Part shown: piece by piece, positions 1-13,383 of the stretch | How positions within the stretch are numbered: the first letter of the stretch is position 1 | Layout of the letters: each line of letters opens with the position of its first letter | DNA from: Eledone cirrhosa | Taxonomy: Eukaryota | Direction of reading: 5' to 3' | Assembly: GCA_964016885.1 (NCBI GenBank) | Contig: OZ024741.1 | Coordinates: forward strand, 77,438,001 to 77,502,000 | Length of the DNA: 64,000 nucleotides | Position numbers and translations under genes: made by a program | The notes under the pieces: generated by a model | What the model was told of the DNA's origin: nothing | The model's input: the letters and a program-made list of their open reading frames with translations, nothing else | Databases searched by the model: none

Positions 1-310
1 ACATTTCAACCAGGTTTGATGGTCTTTTGTCTCTTGTTCACGATTTCACCGAGTTTATATTCATAGAGATCTGGGACTTGTCTATTTCTTCTCACTTTCC
101 GTTGCTTAAACCATTTTGTTTGTTACCCTAACGTCCCCTTTATTTACGTGTCCCAACGACTTTTTTTAGCCGTTGTTCGCACCAACCTGAGGCATATGGC
201 CCTTAAAGCGATGAAATGCCTGGGACGGTTGGAGGGTCACTGATGAAGGACTCACTTTTTCATATGCACCACCATTTGCAACGGGCAGCCATCATTATTA
301 TCATATTTAC
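1..310. repeat. Dispersed non-coding repeat (same family as 60058-60840), ending in (TA)n
   Basis: 1-260 aligns by eye to 60576-60840 (acatttcaaccaggtttgatggtc...cactgatga) and 100-310 aligns to 60058-60275. Confidence 0.85.
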
Positions 311-792
311 ATATATATATATATATATATACAGTATATATATATATTTATATTTCTCTTCTTTTCAGGCCCTCTTTTTTCTTTTCTTCCTCGCTCTTTC
401 TTTCTTTCTCTCTCTCTCTCTTTCTCTCTCTTTCTTTCTCTCTCTCTCTCTTTCTCTCTCTTTCTTTCGCTCTCTTTCTTTCTCTCTCTCTTTCTCTCTC
501 TTTGTCTCAGTCTGTCTATCACACCACCCTCTCTCTCTTTATGTATGTATGTGTCTGTGTGTGTATATGTGTTGCTTTTTAGTTGTAACTGGTTACAAAA
601 CAATTATAACAACAAATATGTTGCACAATAAATATGTCGCACAACAGGTTTATATTGAACACTGTAACTATTGTTTGACTGGACAGGTCACACTTCCCAG
701 TCGCTTAAACAATCTCTTACAACATCGGGCGTGTGAGTTATGTAAGACGCGGGAAAGGAAGCTTGAACAGCTGATTGAAGCTGCATCGATAT

Positions 793-1088
793 CTTCTTCT
801 TCTTCTTCTTCTTCTTCTTCTTCTTCTTCTTCTTCTTCTTCTTCTTCTTCTCCTTCTCCTTCTCTTTTTTCTTTTTCCTCTTCTTCTTTTTCTTCTTCTT
901 CTCCTCATCCTTCTCCCCCCCCCCCCCTCATCCTCATCCTCCTTCTCTGCTTCTCCTCCTCCTCCTCCTCCTCCTTTTTCTTCTTTTTCTTCTTCTTCTT
1001 CTTCTTCTTCTTCTTCTTCTTCTTCTTCTTTTTCTTCTTCTTCTGCTTCTTCTTCTTCTTCTTTTTTTTCTTCTTCTTCTTCTTCTTC
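793..1088. repeat. (TCT)n/(CCT)n microsatellite
   Basis: Directly visible; source of the poly-S/F/E/R ORFs. Confidence 0.97.
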
Positions 1089-1587
1089 TGATGCTGATGC
1101 TGCTACTGCTGCACACTTAATGTTTTGTTCGTACGTTGTGTTATTGCTTTTCAAGGTGTTTACCCGTTTAGGGGCTTGTTATATTTCGTTTATATTGTTA
1201 TATACCGTTTATATTTCACATTGCGAAAGCAACAGTTTATATTTTCAGTTTCGGGGTAATATCTTTATTTAAAATACTAGTTTCTACCCCAGCCACCACT
1301 ACCAAAAAACTAAGGCAACCCCCATCTATCCACAGAATGGAACAGCCAAAGTTATTCGTCCGGTAAAAAGAGCAGTTACAAGAAAGTTTTCATTGTCGAT
1401 TATATGGTTGCCTTCCACCTTCACTGTCAACCAGAACACCGCCACTACCACCACTACTACTACCACATCAACAACAATAACAGTAACAGTGGTGACAGAA
1501 ACGACAACAAGAACACTAATTGCAATGGCATTATCACAACAGCAGCAGCAGCGACAACAGTTATAAAAAAGGAAATAGCAGAACACC

Positions 1588-1721
<134 letters not shown>

Positions 1722-1879
1722 ACCACAACAGATAGCAATGATAACGACGATGACATCGACAATAAAAACAACAACTACGACAGAAACAAAACCACAAACA
1801 GAAGGTCCTTCGCTGGCATGACAGAAACAACTTTCCCCAATTATTCTTAGAAGATAATCATACGAACTTAACACAACCG

Positions 1880-2420
1880 GGAACAAATGATTAAGATCGA
1901 AGAGAGATGGGTCGCATTAGTGGTAAAACCTCACTTGATAGAAGGAACTGCAAAAAACTTCTATATCACTGTAGGTCAGTCAAATGTCGACGCCTAGAAA
2001 GAGCAATGCAGTTCAAGAACATCGAGGTCCTCTTTAAAAACGAGTCCCTCTTGCTGCAACATGACATGGTCTCATGTTGCATTGGGGGTGTTCCTTCTCT
2101 TTTCTACATACCTTGCGAGGAGAACGGTCAGATTAAGGATATCAGCTGTCCCTCCGGGGCTGGGTAACTGGTAAATTTTAGTTCATCGCCTTGGTGCGAA
2201 GCAATACCCTCCTTGACTGGAAGAGTTCTTGGTGAGAGATTTGGTCTGGGATCATTCTAGAGGTCCTACTCCAGATCAAACTGGAACACCTGGAAAGGAC
2301 CCTAGAACTCTTTCACCTGCTGAACGATGTGGAGCTATGGACTCGGTTGAAGGCAGAAAGCCCTGGTGCCACTTGTGTGATGCAGCAAATCACCTACGAG
2401 CTTTACGCGGATAGACCAGA
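1880..2420 (+). mobile_element. Degenerate non-LTR retrotransposon ORF1 (gag-like) remnant
   Basis: VEGRKPWCHLCDAANHLRA resembles a CCHC knuckle of Tx1/L1-type ORF1; frames are broken. Confidence 0.4.
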
Positions 2421-3049
2421 TTTGTTCGCCGATGTTCTGGCAGTCTACAACAACTGACAGTAAAATATGAAAATCCCCAGCTGTAAAGTTTGGGCAAAAC
2501 GGAACACCCTAAAGTTTTCTGCCGTGCGGAGAAAGATACAAGATTATAGCACCCTGCTCCAGCTCCACTGATGCTACCAATATCCCGATTACTGCCGTCA
2601 TAACAGCAGCAACAACAAAACAACTGCAACAACAACAATAACAACAACACCTACAAGATCTACAACTAAAACAAAAACAGCAGCAGCATCAGAAAGAGTT
2701 ACAACAAACACATGAGAGAAACCAATAACCACAGCAACAGCATGAGAAACACAAATACAAGGAAAATATCACTAACAACAACAATAACATCAAGAACAAA
2801 AATAATCATAATCACAACAACCACTAATAACAGAACGAGCGTCTCAACTAGACAGTTCCCCGAATTTACGAACTGGTGGAGTTAGGGTTAGGGTTAGGGT
2901 TTGTTCATTCCAATAAAGATAAAAGTTTCACATCAGTTGTAGGAGAGGATGAGGGAACCCTAAGTAAGAGTTAGCAATCAGTTCAATTAATAATTTAACA
3001 TGCAGGTAGATATCAATCAAGGCTAGATTCTTTTAGAAGTCTAGAAACA

Positions 3050-3395
3050 TATCGCTTATTAGTGCTTTATTTCTCCATGTCAGACTTATTCGCTGCAGAC
3101 TTGGCATCCGTCTACTGTAACTGTCAACTGACTGGGAACATTCCAGTCGTGTAAACCAGGAAGTGATGACGCTGCCGATAAAAAGCCCGAAGGTGTTCAT
3201 CAAGAGGTTGGCGTCTGTCGACGGTATTTTAGGTGACAGATCTGTGCGATTCCTAAAAATTCTATGCACTATAATCTCCACTTCATCTTAAAGGGGGTTG
3301 GAAATACAGCCAGCTTCGGCGGAGCGCTGATCAATCTAGAAGTTCAAAGCTTTCATACTGAGTTGACTATCACTACCATGCAACTGTCCTAAGAG
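3050..3395 (+). mobile_element. Degenerate Tx1/L1-like RT fragment
   Basis: Translates with shifts to ...FGGALINL..KAFH.VDYHYHATVLR, like GGSLINLDQSKAFDRVYHRYLAAVLR in the 42935 ORF. Confidence 0.6.
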
Positions 3396-3595
3396 NNNNN
3401 NNNNNNNNNNNNNNNNNNNNNNNNNNNNNNNNNNNNNNNNNNNNNNNNNNNNNNNNNNNNNNNNNNNNNNNNNNNNNNNNNNNNNNNNNNNNNNNNNNNN
3501 NNNNNNNNNNNNNNNNNNNNNNNNNNNNNNNNNNNNNNNNNNNNNNNNNNNNNNNNNNNNNNNNNNNNNNNNNNNNNNNNNNNNNNNNNNNNNNN
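3396..3595. other. Assembly gap (200 N)
   Basis: Run of N. Confidence 1.
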
Positions 3596-3783
3596 CCACA
3601 AAGCCATCGATACATACATACATGCATACATACATACATACTTACATACATGCATACTTACTTACATACATGCATACATACATGCATACATACATGCATA
3701 CATACAGTCATACATACATACTTACATACATACATGCATACATACATGTATGTATGTAAGTATACATACATGTATGTATGTAA

Positions 3784-4081
3784 GATGAGGAGCTTACAAA
3801 TCCAGTATCCAAGATACACCTTTAGCTTCATACCCATCATTATTGGTGCTACGGGTTATATACCAACCCGCTTGGACCAAAGTATGACCGAACTTGGATT
3901 TGCGGACAAAAAGCGCAGCTCCCTAATTCATAGTCTACAAATGGCTGCGATAGCTGGCACCTTCAAAATATGCAAAACATTCTTGCGATTCAAGGGATGA
4001 CAATTTCTTTTCTTTTACAACCTTGCCACCAGGAAGGTGGCCGGTCAAAAAAATATACTCGAAATTAAGAGAAAGAGAAAA
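3784..4081 (+). mobile_element. R4/Dong-like LINE 3' end (family A) embedded in (TACA)n
   Basis: Near-identical to 9343-9640 (MRSLQIQYPRYTFSFIPIIIGATG...KTFLRFKG*), ending gaaagagaaa|acatac. Confidence 0.85.
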
Positions 4082-4262
4082 CATACATACAGGCATACAT
4101 ACACACAATCATACATACATATATACATACATACAGTCATACATACATGCATACATATATACAGTCATACATACATACATACAGCCATACATATGTATGT
4201 ATATACAGTCATACATACATACATACATACATATATACATACATACATACATACATACATAC

Positions 4263-4695
4263 ATGATGATGGCTGCCCCCTCGTTATCGAGTATGGCCAT
4301 TGCATGATATACCATTATTAATAATTATTAATTCATTCTATCGTGCAATGCCTGCGCGTGAAGATATTTTTTAAAGTGAGGAAAGACTGTGCACTGAGCC
4401 AATCCCACTCTCTGAGCGACAGTAGCTATAACCCGAAAAGAAGAAAAGATCAACATCATCGGTAACTACTGAGCCGCAGGTTTTATATCGGAGTCATCCC
4501 AGTTTCCTGAGTTGCCTTCTCCTAGAAGAATGCCCTGACAAAGGCTAGGGGTCCTTCACTCCCAGTTGTTTAACCGCGCGATCGGGTATCCAGCCCGACT
4601 ATTTCTATGTCCCCGCGCATTCATATGTACACGTGTATATACATATTTACACATTTTTGGATGGCCGTTGACTCTTATGGGTTCTTCCGCCCTTT
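4263..4695 (-). mobile_element. RTE-derived non-autonomous cassette (variant B)
   Basis: Similar to 18526-19090; carries RTE-type 5'UTR motif ctaggagaaggcaac and an RTE-type 3' end followed by an (ATGT)n tail on the - strand. Confidence 0.65.
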
Positions 4696-4726
4696 GTACA
4701 TACATACATACACACATACATACATA

Positions 4727-4905
4727 ATTGTTTCTACGTTTGGCACAAGGCCAGCAATTATCCCAGTGTATTACTGGTGCTTTATTTTATCGACCCCGTA
4801 AGGATGAAAGGCAAAGTTAACCACGGCGGGATTTGAACTCAGACCATAAAGGGCCGTAACTCTTTGCTGCAAAGCATGGCGTCAGACCCTCTACCGATAC
4901 TGCCG
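4727..4905 (-). mobile_element. tRNA-derived Nin/Deu-domain SINE
   Basis: Reverse complement has A box ggcagtatcgg, B box gagttcaaatcc and core gcctttcatccttacggggtcgataaaataaag. Confidence 0.9.
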
Positions 4906-4936
4906 CAAACTCGTGTTCGAGCATTGCCATTGCCTG

Positions 4937-5270
4937 CTAAAATGCTAAAAAATGTGAGGCATGAATGTGGCTCTTTAAACCAGCCAAAGACTTGCACTTT
5001 CTGGCACACACATGGCAACTGTAGACTCCTCTGGGACTTTCCACTGCTTGGTTCTGACTGTGTTTTCTCATATGTCTTTTAAGATCGTAATCTACATGAG
5101 GTCTACTGATTTGACTTTGTTCATGTCTAATCAAACCAGCTTTGCTCAGGCAGACTCGACCACAGTGCTGGCAAACCAAATTTTTGACAGGAAGATGCCC
5201 CTCCTTGGTCAACGGGGCCCTGTGCTTAAACACACCTAAGCACAATGGTAAATCCGACACTGCATACATA
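4937..5270 (-). mobile_element. RTE LINE C-terminal zinc-finger fragment
   Basis: CQHCGRVCLSKAGLIRH...CHVCARKCKSLAGLKSH, the typical RTE ORF C-terminus. Confidence 0.7.
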
Positions 5271-5355
5271 CATATATACAACATACATGCATACATGCAT
5301 ACATACATACATACATACATACATACATACATACATACATACATACATACATACA

Positions 5356-5389
<34 letters not shown>

Positions 5390-5689
5390 CATACATCCTT
5401 TTATTCGTGTATTCAAACATGCTTACATGTTTATTCGTACAAATGTAATAGGATTTCGCATATTTAATATACTGAGCTGAAAAATGTTCGATTAACTGAG
5501 GTTTGTTTACTTATGAAATTAGTAAACAAAAACACCCTCTAGCGGTGACTAAAACCTCAAAGCAACGTGCAAGAAAGATAACTTTAATAAAATCAGTTAA
5601 TTGAAATTTTGGAAAAAATGAAAAATTGTGTAAAAGAATGTTATCCGGTTTTTAAGCCAACTGGTAAGAACGGCGGACATATTCCTGTC

Positions 5690-6035
5690 TCTCGTCCTTA
5701 TGGAGTCGATTAAATAAAGTAGCGGTAACGTACTTGGGGTCGATTTAATCGACTTTCTCCTCCCCCAAAATTGTTGGCCCTGTGCCCAGATCAGAAACCC
5801 TTATCTACCCTTGTTAATGGTGGATTGGCATTATCGGTAAAGCATCGGACACCATGCTACATGGCATAGTATTACATCCCTTTACGCACTGATTTCAAAT
5901 CCCAACCGTGGTTAGCTTTGCCTTTCATCCGTACGGTGTTGATAAAATAAAGTACCAGTGACGCAATCGGGTCAATTTAATCGACTTTTCCCTCCCCGCA
6001 AAAAACTGTTGCCTTATGTCTAAATCGGAAGCAAT
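5690..6035 (+). mobile_element. Two diverged SINE copies (one partial, one full)
   Basis: ggtggattggcattatcggt...ttcaaatccc...gcctttcatcc...gataaaataaagtaccag. Confidence 0.8.
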
Positions 6036-6938
6036 TATCTCTCCTCATCATTACATATTCCATTCAGTCGACAAGACTCGGTAATTGTGTGCATTGCCTA
6101 GGAGATTGTTGATGATGAAGACATTCTTTTGTTCGTTCATTACACGTGTTTCGTCTTTGTTTTGTTTTTTTGTTTTGTTTTTTTCCTTTGTTCGTGTAAC
6201 GTTGCTATATACACCTTGCATGTAGTGATGATGATTATGAATATCTACAGTATGACTGAAAAAATACCTCAGTGATGAGTTCGGTGTACAAAATACACAG
6301 TCGAGCTAATGAGGGAGTCTCTATGTGGTCACTGAACTTGCAGTCAAATCTCCCGCGAATCAAACGAATGACACGTTGGATAATGTAGTACTAGATACAC
6401 TCTGCCTGAAATGATGGGAGTGTCATGTTTTGAACGCTTTAATCAGGTTCACCTTAAAATAAACAATGGCATACATATTCATTCAGACATACATATAATA
6501 GCTTTAGTTAAACTATGTGTAAAATAATAGCAAATTGTGATTTGTTGAACAGTTATTTATTAGATGACAAACATTGACAAACGTAAGGAAGAGTGATCTA
6601 CCCCTGAAGTTCAGATCTTGTTACATGCCTCATCGGAAATCTGTTTTCTCCAGACCAGTTCAATAAGAAGTCTGCAGTAAAGGACCGCTGTCAACGGTTT
6701 ATCTTTTACAAGCAGGCAGTGCTCTACAATATATTCATACTTTTTAATGTAGGATATATATATTTTTAATTAATATACTACTTTAGAGTCACTTTGGAAA
6801 GTAAACAAAGTGTTACATTACGGATTTCTCTCTCAGGAATAAGTGACATCGATCAAGTAGTTTCCAGTATTCTTAGGTCTTCATAAGGAAGTTTACTTTA
6901 TACAATGACACTAAATTGGAGTAACAGGTTAGATATCA

Positions 6939-7133
6939 ATGACTGAACTTGGATTTGTGGACAAAGGGCACAGCTCCCTAATTCATAGACTACAAATTGC
7001 TGCAATAGCTGGCACCTTCAAAATTTGCAAAACATTATTGCGATTCAAGGGATTACAATTTCTTTTATTTTACAACCTTGCCACCAGGAAGGTGGCCAGT
7101 CAAAAATGTACTCGAAATTAAGAGAAAGAGAAA
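6939..7133 (+). mobile_element. R4/Dong-like LINE 3' end (family A)
   Basis: MTELGFVDKGHSSLIHRLQIAAIAGTFKICK; same 3' UTR, followed by (ACAT)n. Confidence 0.85.
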
Positions 7134-7396
7134 CATACATATATACATGCATACATACATACATACAAACATACACACACACACACACACACAAATACAT
7201 ACATACATACATACATACATACATACATACATACATACATACATACATACATACATACATACATACATACAAACATACACACACACACAAACATACATAC
7301 ATACATACATACATACATACATGCATGCATACATACATACATACATACATACATACATACATACATACATACATACATACATACTTACATACATAC

Positions 7397-7895
7397 ATGG
7401 TGGCTGCCAACTCGTTTTCGAGTACGGTCACTACTTTATATCCATGTAAGAGAACCCCTACCGATGCGCTGAACGAGTGTGACTTTTTAGTCCAGCCAGC
7501 GACTTGAAAACTCTGGTACAAACACTACTCTTGTGACAATTATTGACACATAGTGCTGGGCCCATGGAACCATGTGATGACAAGTGCAGAGAGATCTCCA
7601 GATATAAAGCATTGCCTGTGCCGTGAAGCTTTTATAGTGAGCAAAGGCACTGCACAAAGCCAGTCCCACTCTCTTAATTCTGCCTTGACAAAGGCTAAGG
7701 GGTCATCTCTCCCGGTGATTTTGGATGGCCATTGAATCTTAAGAGCTCCTTTGCCCTTTGACAGGTTTTGTTTTTAGTCCTGCAGGATGTCCAGAGTCAC
7801 CCTCCTCACCAAGAAACCTTGGTTGGGTTGCCAGTTTAGTCGCCAACGACCCGACCATGAGACAGGTTGTACTGGGATACATGTTACCAGTAGCA
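7397..7895 (-). mobile_element. RTE-derived non-autonomous cassette (variant A, internally deleted)
   Basis: Near-identical to 19159-19762 but lacks about 95 bp between ctctcttaa and ttctgcc. Confidence 0.8.
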
Positions 7896-7948
7896 CCATA
7901 CATATATATATATATCTATATACATACACATACACATATATATATATC

Positions 7949-8022
<74 letters not shown>

Positions 8023-8055
8023 TATATATATACATATATATATACATATATATAT

Positions 8056-8088
<33 letters not shown>

Positions 8089-8109
8089 CACATACATATA
8101 TATATATAT

Positions 8110-8161
<52 letters not shown>

Positions 8162-8165
8162 ATAT

Positions 8166-8232
<67 letters not shown>

Positions 8233-8420
8233 TATACACACATCTACATACATATACATATACATATATATATCCATATACATATATATATATATATATA
8301 TCTACATACACACACTCATACATACATACATACATACATACATACATACATACATACATACATACATACATACATACATACATACATACATACATACATA
8401 CATACATACATACATACATT
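7896..8420. repeat. (TA)n/(TACA)n compound microsatellite
   Basis: Directly visible. Confidence 0.97.
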
Positions 8421-8425
8421 CATAC

Positions 8426-9640
8426 AATTCTAACGCCAACATTTGGCCTGCTGAACTGGCCATTGCAAGAACTAAGTGAGATGGATGTTACAACTCACAA
8501 ACTTCTCAGTGTTACTGGGAACTTTAACATCAATGGTGATGTGGATAGGCTATACTTCTCACGCAAGGAAGGTGGCCGGGTCTAAAATCAATATTAACAA
8601 CATATCAGACCCGGATAGTAACACTGAAGCAACACCTTCAACAGAGGAAAAAGGTTGGCAACCATCCTGCCCAGGTTTATGAGCATGAAAAAAAAAATAT
8701 CATTAGAATAGCGACTGATCTGGAGGAGAGATATGGAATAAAGCCTGATATATATCTCTCACCCAGAGAAATCGGAAGATCCTATTCAATGTTCAAACAA
8801 GATAAAAAAAATTGACCAATTTACAGAAAAAGTTGTGCATGGATACTTGAGGCGTAAAACACAGACCATAGAGGGGATAAACCACTCAAAAAGCCATGAC
8901 ATCACACCTTGAGGGATATCTCTATGCAATACAAGAACAAGAACTCCCTACCAAATATCTACTGCACAAAAGCAGCTGACAATAAATGTAGGCTATGTAA
9001 AACAAAGATCGAGGATGTAAGCCACATTGTTGCCAGCTACGAAAGAATGTCATCTCGCTACTACCTCCCCATGAGACACGATGGGATAGCTAGAACCATC
9101 TGGAACGCACTTCGGAAAACAAAATTAACAACAAACGAGGAAGAATATATTGAGACAGATGGCACTAAGGAATACTGGTGGAACCTGAAAATAAAAACTG
9201 CCACCAAATTAAAGCACAACCGGCCTGATATTGTTGTTTGGGACCACACATTGAAAACGTGTTCTGTTGTGGAGATCAGCTGCCCACTTGATGTAAACGT
9301 TGTCAGAAAAATACAGGAGAAGGAGGACATCTACGGACCATTGATGAGGAGTTTACAAATCCAGTATCCAAGATACACCTTTAGCTTCATACCCATCATT
9401 ATTGGAGCTACGGGTTATATACCAACCCGCTTGGACCAAAGTATGACTGAACTTGGATTTGCGGACAAAAAGCGCAGCTCCCTAATTCATAGTCTGCAAA
9501 TGGCTGCGATAGCTGGCACCTTCAAAATTTGCAAAACATTCTTGCGATTCAAGGGATGACAATTTCTTTTCATTTACAACCTTGCCACCAGGAAGGTGGC
9601 CGGTCAAAAAAATATACTCGAAATTAAGAGAAAGAGATAA
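8426..9640 (+). mobile_element. 5'-truncated R4/Dong-clade LINE (RT thumb, Zn knuckle, restriction-like endonuclease), family A
   Basis: [15 protein letters not shown]; CRLC...HIVAS...RHD; NRPDIVVWD...VVEISCP. Both junctions lie in (TACA)n. Confidence 0.9.
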
Positions 9641-9959
9641 CATACATACATCTAGTAGCCAGGACAAGTGTATTAGCAACTGTATAGCGAAGAATATAAA
9701 CTATTAAATTGTTTCAAGAAAAGTTTATTTGTTTTTGTTTTTTTTGTTATATTTTTTTAATCGCCATTGGACAAGTATTGATAAGAATCCTATTGAGTTA
9801 ATTTTGGCTATGATTAACCTCATCAAAAAGTGAATATTTACAACAGAGTTATGTCCCTTCGTTTTGGCAAATAAACGCGCGTTCATATTACCTCTCCACA
9901 ACTGGACATTGCTCTATCTTTAGGATACTAAAGAAGTAAATAAAAGCAAAGACAAATCT

Positions 9960-10142
9960 AGTCTGCTATCCCAGTTTTCAAAAAGGGAAACAAATCCCTT
10001 GCCGTGATTACCGTCACATCTCACTCACCTCTCATATCATTAAGGTATTTGTGAGAGTGATGAGATCACGAATAACTCAGTTTCTCGAAAGAAACAATCT
10101 GCTGAACTCCAACCAGCATGGGTTCCGTAGTGGACGGGATTG

Positions 10143-10143
<1 letters not shown>
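9960..10143 (+). mobile_element. CR1/L2-type RT fragment
   Basis: PVFKKG...[43 protein letters not shown]. Confidence 0.8.
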
Positions 10144-10237
<94 letters not shown>

Positions 10238-10252
10238 TTATATATATTAACA

Positions 10253-10363
<111 letters not shown>

Positions 10364-10380
10364 CACACACACACACACAC

Positions 10381-10700
10381 ACGGTGAATTGGCAGAGTCA
10401 TCAGAACGTCAGATAGAATACTTTATGACATTCGTTCCGGCTCTCTGCTCTCGGAGTTCCAATCCCGCTGAGGTCAACTTTGCCTTTCATCTTTTGGCGG
10501 TCGATAAAAAGTAACAGTCTAGTAATGGGGTCGATTCTTCCTTTATATGTCTTTCTCATTTCCTCTCTCTCACTTTCTATCTTTCTCTGGAAGAAATCTG
10601 CCTGAAGAGGGATGGGCTCCGCCAGGTTTAAAATGCTCAAGAAATGCCGGATGTCAATACGGCGCCTCTACGACTCTATCAGGAGTTAGGGGACCATACA
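10381..10700 (+). mobile_element. Composite SINE: tRNA head + Nin core + CT-rich linker + distinct 3' module
   Basis: A/B boxes and Nin core at 10381-10535; the 3' module 10600-10700 recurs at 27755-27870 (-) and 28247-28345 (+). Confidence 0.7.
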
Positions 10701-11588
10701 TTCATTTCGTAAATATACTTTATCAGACAGACTCCCATTTATTTACATCTGTTTAACGATTCATAGCATCGACTATGGAACACTAAATTTACCTTAATAC
10801 ACATTTAACACAATAACAATTAACTAAATTGACGTCCAGGAGGACATTATTTATACAACGTTCAGCTGATTTACTGCGCTTATTACATTTAGTACCTATG
10901 TATAGATATAAGTATATAATTCTCCGTGGACAGAAGAGGCTGATAAGTGATATCTGAAGAAAAGCTAACAGGGCTCAAAACCAGGCCAAGTCAGTCACTG
11001 ATCTGTCTTTGGAAAATATATTGACAATATCCAGAAACATTTGCTTGGCTTTGTCCAAAGTTTCACTGCGTCGGCTAAAAAAATTAAATTTTCTTCATAA
11101 CATTCAAATATATCAATACATATCTTTTAATGCAAGAGCGATTCATGAATGTATGTATGTTTGTATGTATGTATATATGTATGTACGTATCTACGTATGT
11201 ATGTATGTATATATGTATGAATGTATGTTTGTATGTATGTATATATGTATGAATGTATGTATGTATATATGCATGTATGCATGTATGTATGTATCTATTT
11301 ATGTGTATATGTGCGTGTAAATACATACATTTATGCATACATACATACATGCATGCATACATACACATGTGTGTGTGTGTGCGTGTGTGTGCGTGTGTGT
11401 GCGTGTGTGTGAGCGTGTGTGTGCGTCGCTTTTAGTTAAAATTTAGTTGCAAGTCTTTTACACTTGACTGTCCTTGTTTGTCTTCAAAATTTACATTTGA
11501 TTGGAAGCCACATGACTGAACATGATTGAAAGTGAGAAAATTATTAATCAAGCATCCATCTTCAAACATATAATGTCACAAATAGAAG

Positions 11589-11619
<31 letters not shown>

Positions 11620-12058
11620 TATTTAAAAAAAAACATCAACATAAATCTGAAACCGTTGAAGTGCCTAAGTGCATAAACCAAAATTGAACGAGAGAGCGGG
11701 TAAAGAAGTGGGAGAAGGACAGATAGGAAAGAGGCGGGGTATAGAGAGTAGTACAAAAAGAAGGTATGAAAGAGAAAGAAAATAAAGAGAAGGAGAGATA
11801 ATATGTTATACAGAGAGGATGTAGATAGATGGAGATGGAGATGGCAAACAGACATAGAGAAATTTGCCTGAATTGCAGAAGATGGGCGAGAGGAGAGAGA
11901 GAAACAAAGGGGAGAGTATGAGACAGAGATAGGGAGAATGAAAGAGGGTGGCAGAAGAAATAAGAAAAATAGAGAGAAAAGGAGAAGAAATAGGAGAGAG
12001 GAGACACGAAAGAAATTGATGTCCGTGCGACAATTATTAAATGAAATAACACTTTGTT

Positions 12059-12121
<63 letters not shown>

Positions 12122-12144
12122 CGCGCGCGTGTGCGTGTGTGTGT

Positions 12145-12175
<31 letters not shown>

Positions 12176-12204
12176 CACGTGATGTCACTGCCACCTATTT
12201 CGTC

Positions 12205-12233
<29 letters not shown>

Positions 12234-12237
<4 letters not shown>

Positions 12238-12581
12238 GTATAATAAACAATACAATATAATTACCTCATTACCAGAGGTTTCCCGAATAAGACGAATACA
12301 AGAAACGTCCTCATTCGTTCGTCAGACAAGGCAATTTAAAACATAGTGAAATATTTTAAAAATCTCCTCAAGCAAATTTTTCAAATATTTCACTATGTTT
12401 TAAATTGCCTTGTCTGACGAACGAATGAGGACGTTTCTTGTATTCGTCTTATTCGGGAAACCTCTGGTAATGAGGTAATTATATTGTATTGTTTATTATA
12501 CATTAAATATTTAGCTCTGTAACTTACATAGAGCACTCTTCACTCCTATGACTTTTTCAATTTTCAACGGAAACTTCAATA

Positions 12582-12583
<2 letters not shown>
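12234..12583 (+). mobile_element. Fold-back mini-element in (TA)n carrying an HHR
   Basis: Inverted arms 12234-12363 and 12375-12505, then an unpaired tail of about 80 nt. Confidence 0.85.
12403..12480 (+). ncRNA. Type I hammerhead ribozyme (mirror copy 12259-12336, - strand)
   Basis: aattgccttgt-CTGACGA-a-cgaatgaggacg..cgtcttattcg-g-GAAA-cc tct gg-TA-atgaggtaatt: 11-bp stem I with wobbles, long stem II, 3-bp stem III, GUA cleavage site at 12467-12469. Confidence 0.75.
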
Positions 12584-12653
<70 letters not shown>

Positions 12654-12729
12654 ATACTTTGGGAGGGTCATGTTGCCAATAAATTCAGAAACAAAATATA
12701 TATATATATATATATACACGTATATATAA

Positions 12730-13110
12730 AGTCCTCGTGTATGGTCAGCTTAGCAGCGGCAACAGGTAAGTTGGCAGACTACGATATCAAATCTCACTGC
12801 TCTTGCAATCTATTTCCGTGATTGCGAACAAATTGCTGATGACAGAAAGGACTGGAGAGAAAGGTGCCATAGTGCGATCAAGGGCTTTGAATCCAGTCGC
12901 ATGGAGAAATTGCGTGTTGACCGAACAGGGACGAAGCAACGGGCCTTGATACCTGCAAGACTGTCCATAAACTCTTGCTCTTGCGACCTATGAGGCTTGG
13001 TCTGTGGGTCACTGGCGGGGTTGAAATGTCACATGAGATGCCGCCATCCAGAGAGCTGAACTTTTGTTGGACACTCATACGTCGGATATCGACGGGAGAG
13101 AGTCCATCAT
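12730..13110 (+). mobile_element. RTE LINE 3' fragment
   Basis: CEQIADDRKDWRERCHSAIKGFESSR...CDL*GLVCGSLAGLKCHMR followed by an RTE-type 3' terminus. Confidence 0.75.
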
Positions 13111-13115
13111 ATATA

Positions 13116-13334
13116 TAACAAAGAAGGTATGGTAAGATACCAGGTGGACCATAACACACCAGAGCACTCGATACTTAGGGTAGTAGAGTGGGTAATAGTG
13201 AAAAAATCAGGACCCCGACGGCTGAACTCCGGCCGTTTCGACAGCTAGATCCGAACGAATCTAGCTGTCGGATCCTGTTCGGATCTAGCTGTCGAAACGG
13301 CCGGAGCTCAGCCGTCAAGGTCCTGACTCTTTTC

Positions 13335-13340
<6 letters not shown>
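13116..13340 (-). mobile_element. Fold-back mini-element (family shared with 16290 and 29016)
   Basis: Palindrome about 13200-13336; tail 13116-13195 matches the reverse complement of 16400-16478. Confidence 0.85.

Positions 13341-13383
<43 letters not shown>

Noticed and set aside
184-250. HHR in the 1-310/60058 family (CTGAGG...GAAA; CTGATGA)
   Set aside because: Stem II and the cleavage-site geometry cannot be formed in any permutation I tried.
216-1272. Long ORFs (291 aa etc.) and all YI/HT/CV/MYVC-repeat ORFs in the window
   Set aside because: They are translations of microsatellites, which lack stop codons in several frames.
2881-2901. (TTAGGG)3 as a telomere remnant
   Set aside because: Only three units; more likely part of a small interspersed repeat.
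6590-6930. Possible - strand exon or hAT dimerisation-domain remnant
   Set aside because: No good splice sites and only faint motif similarity; unsupported.
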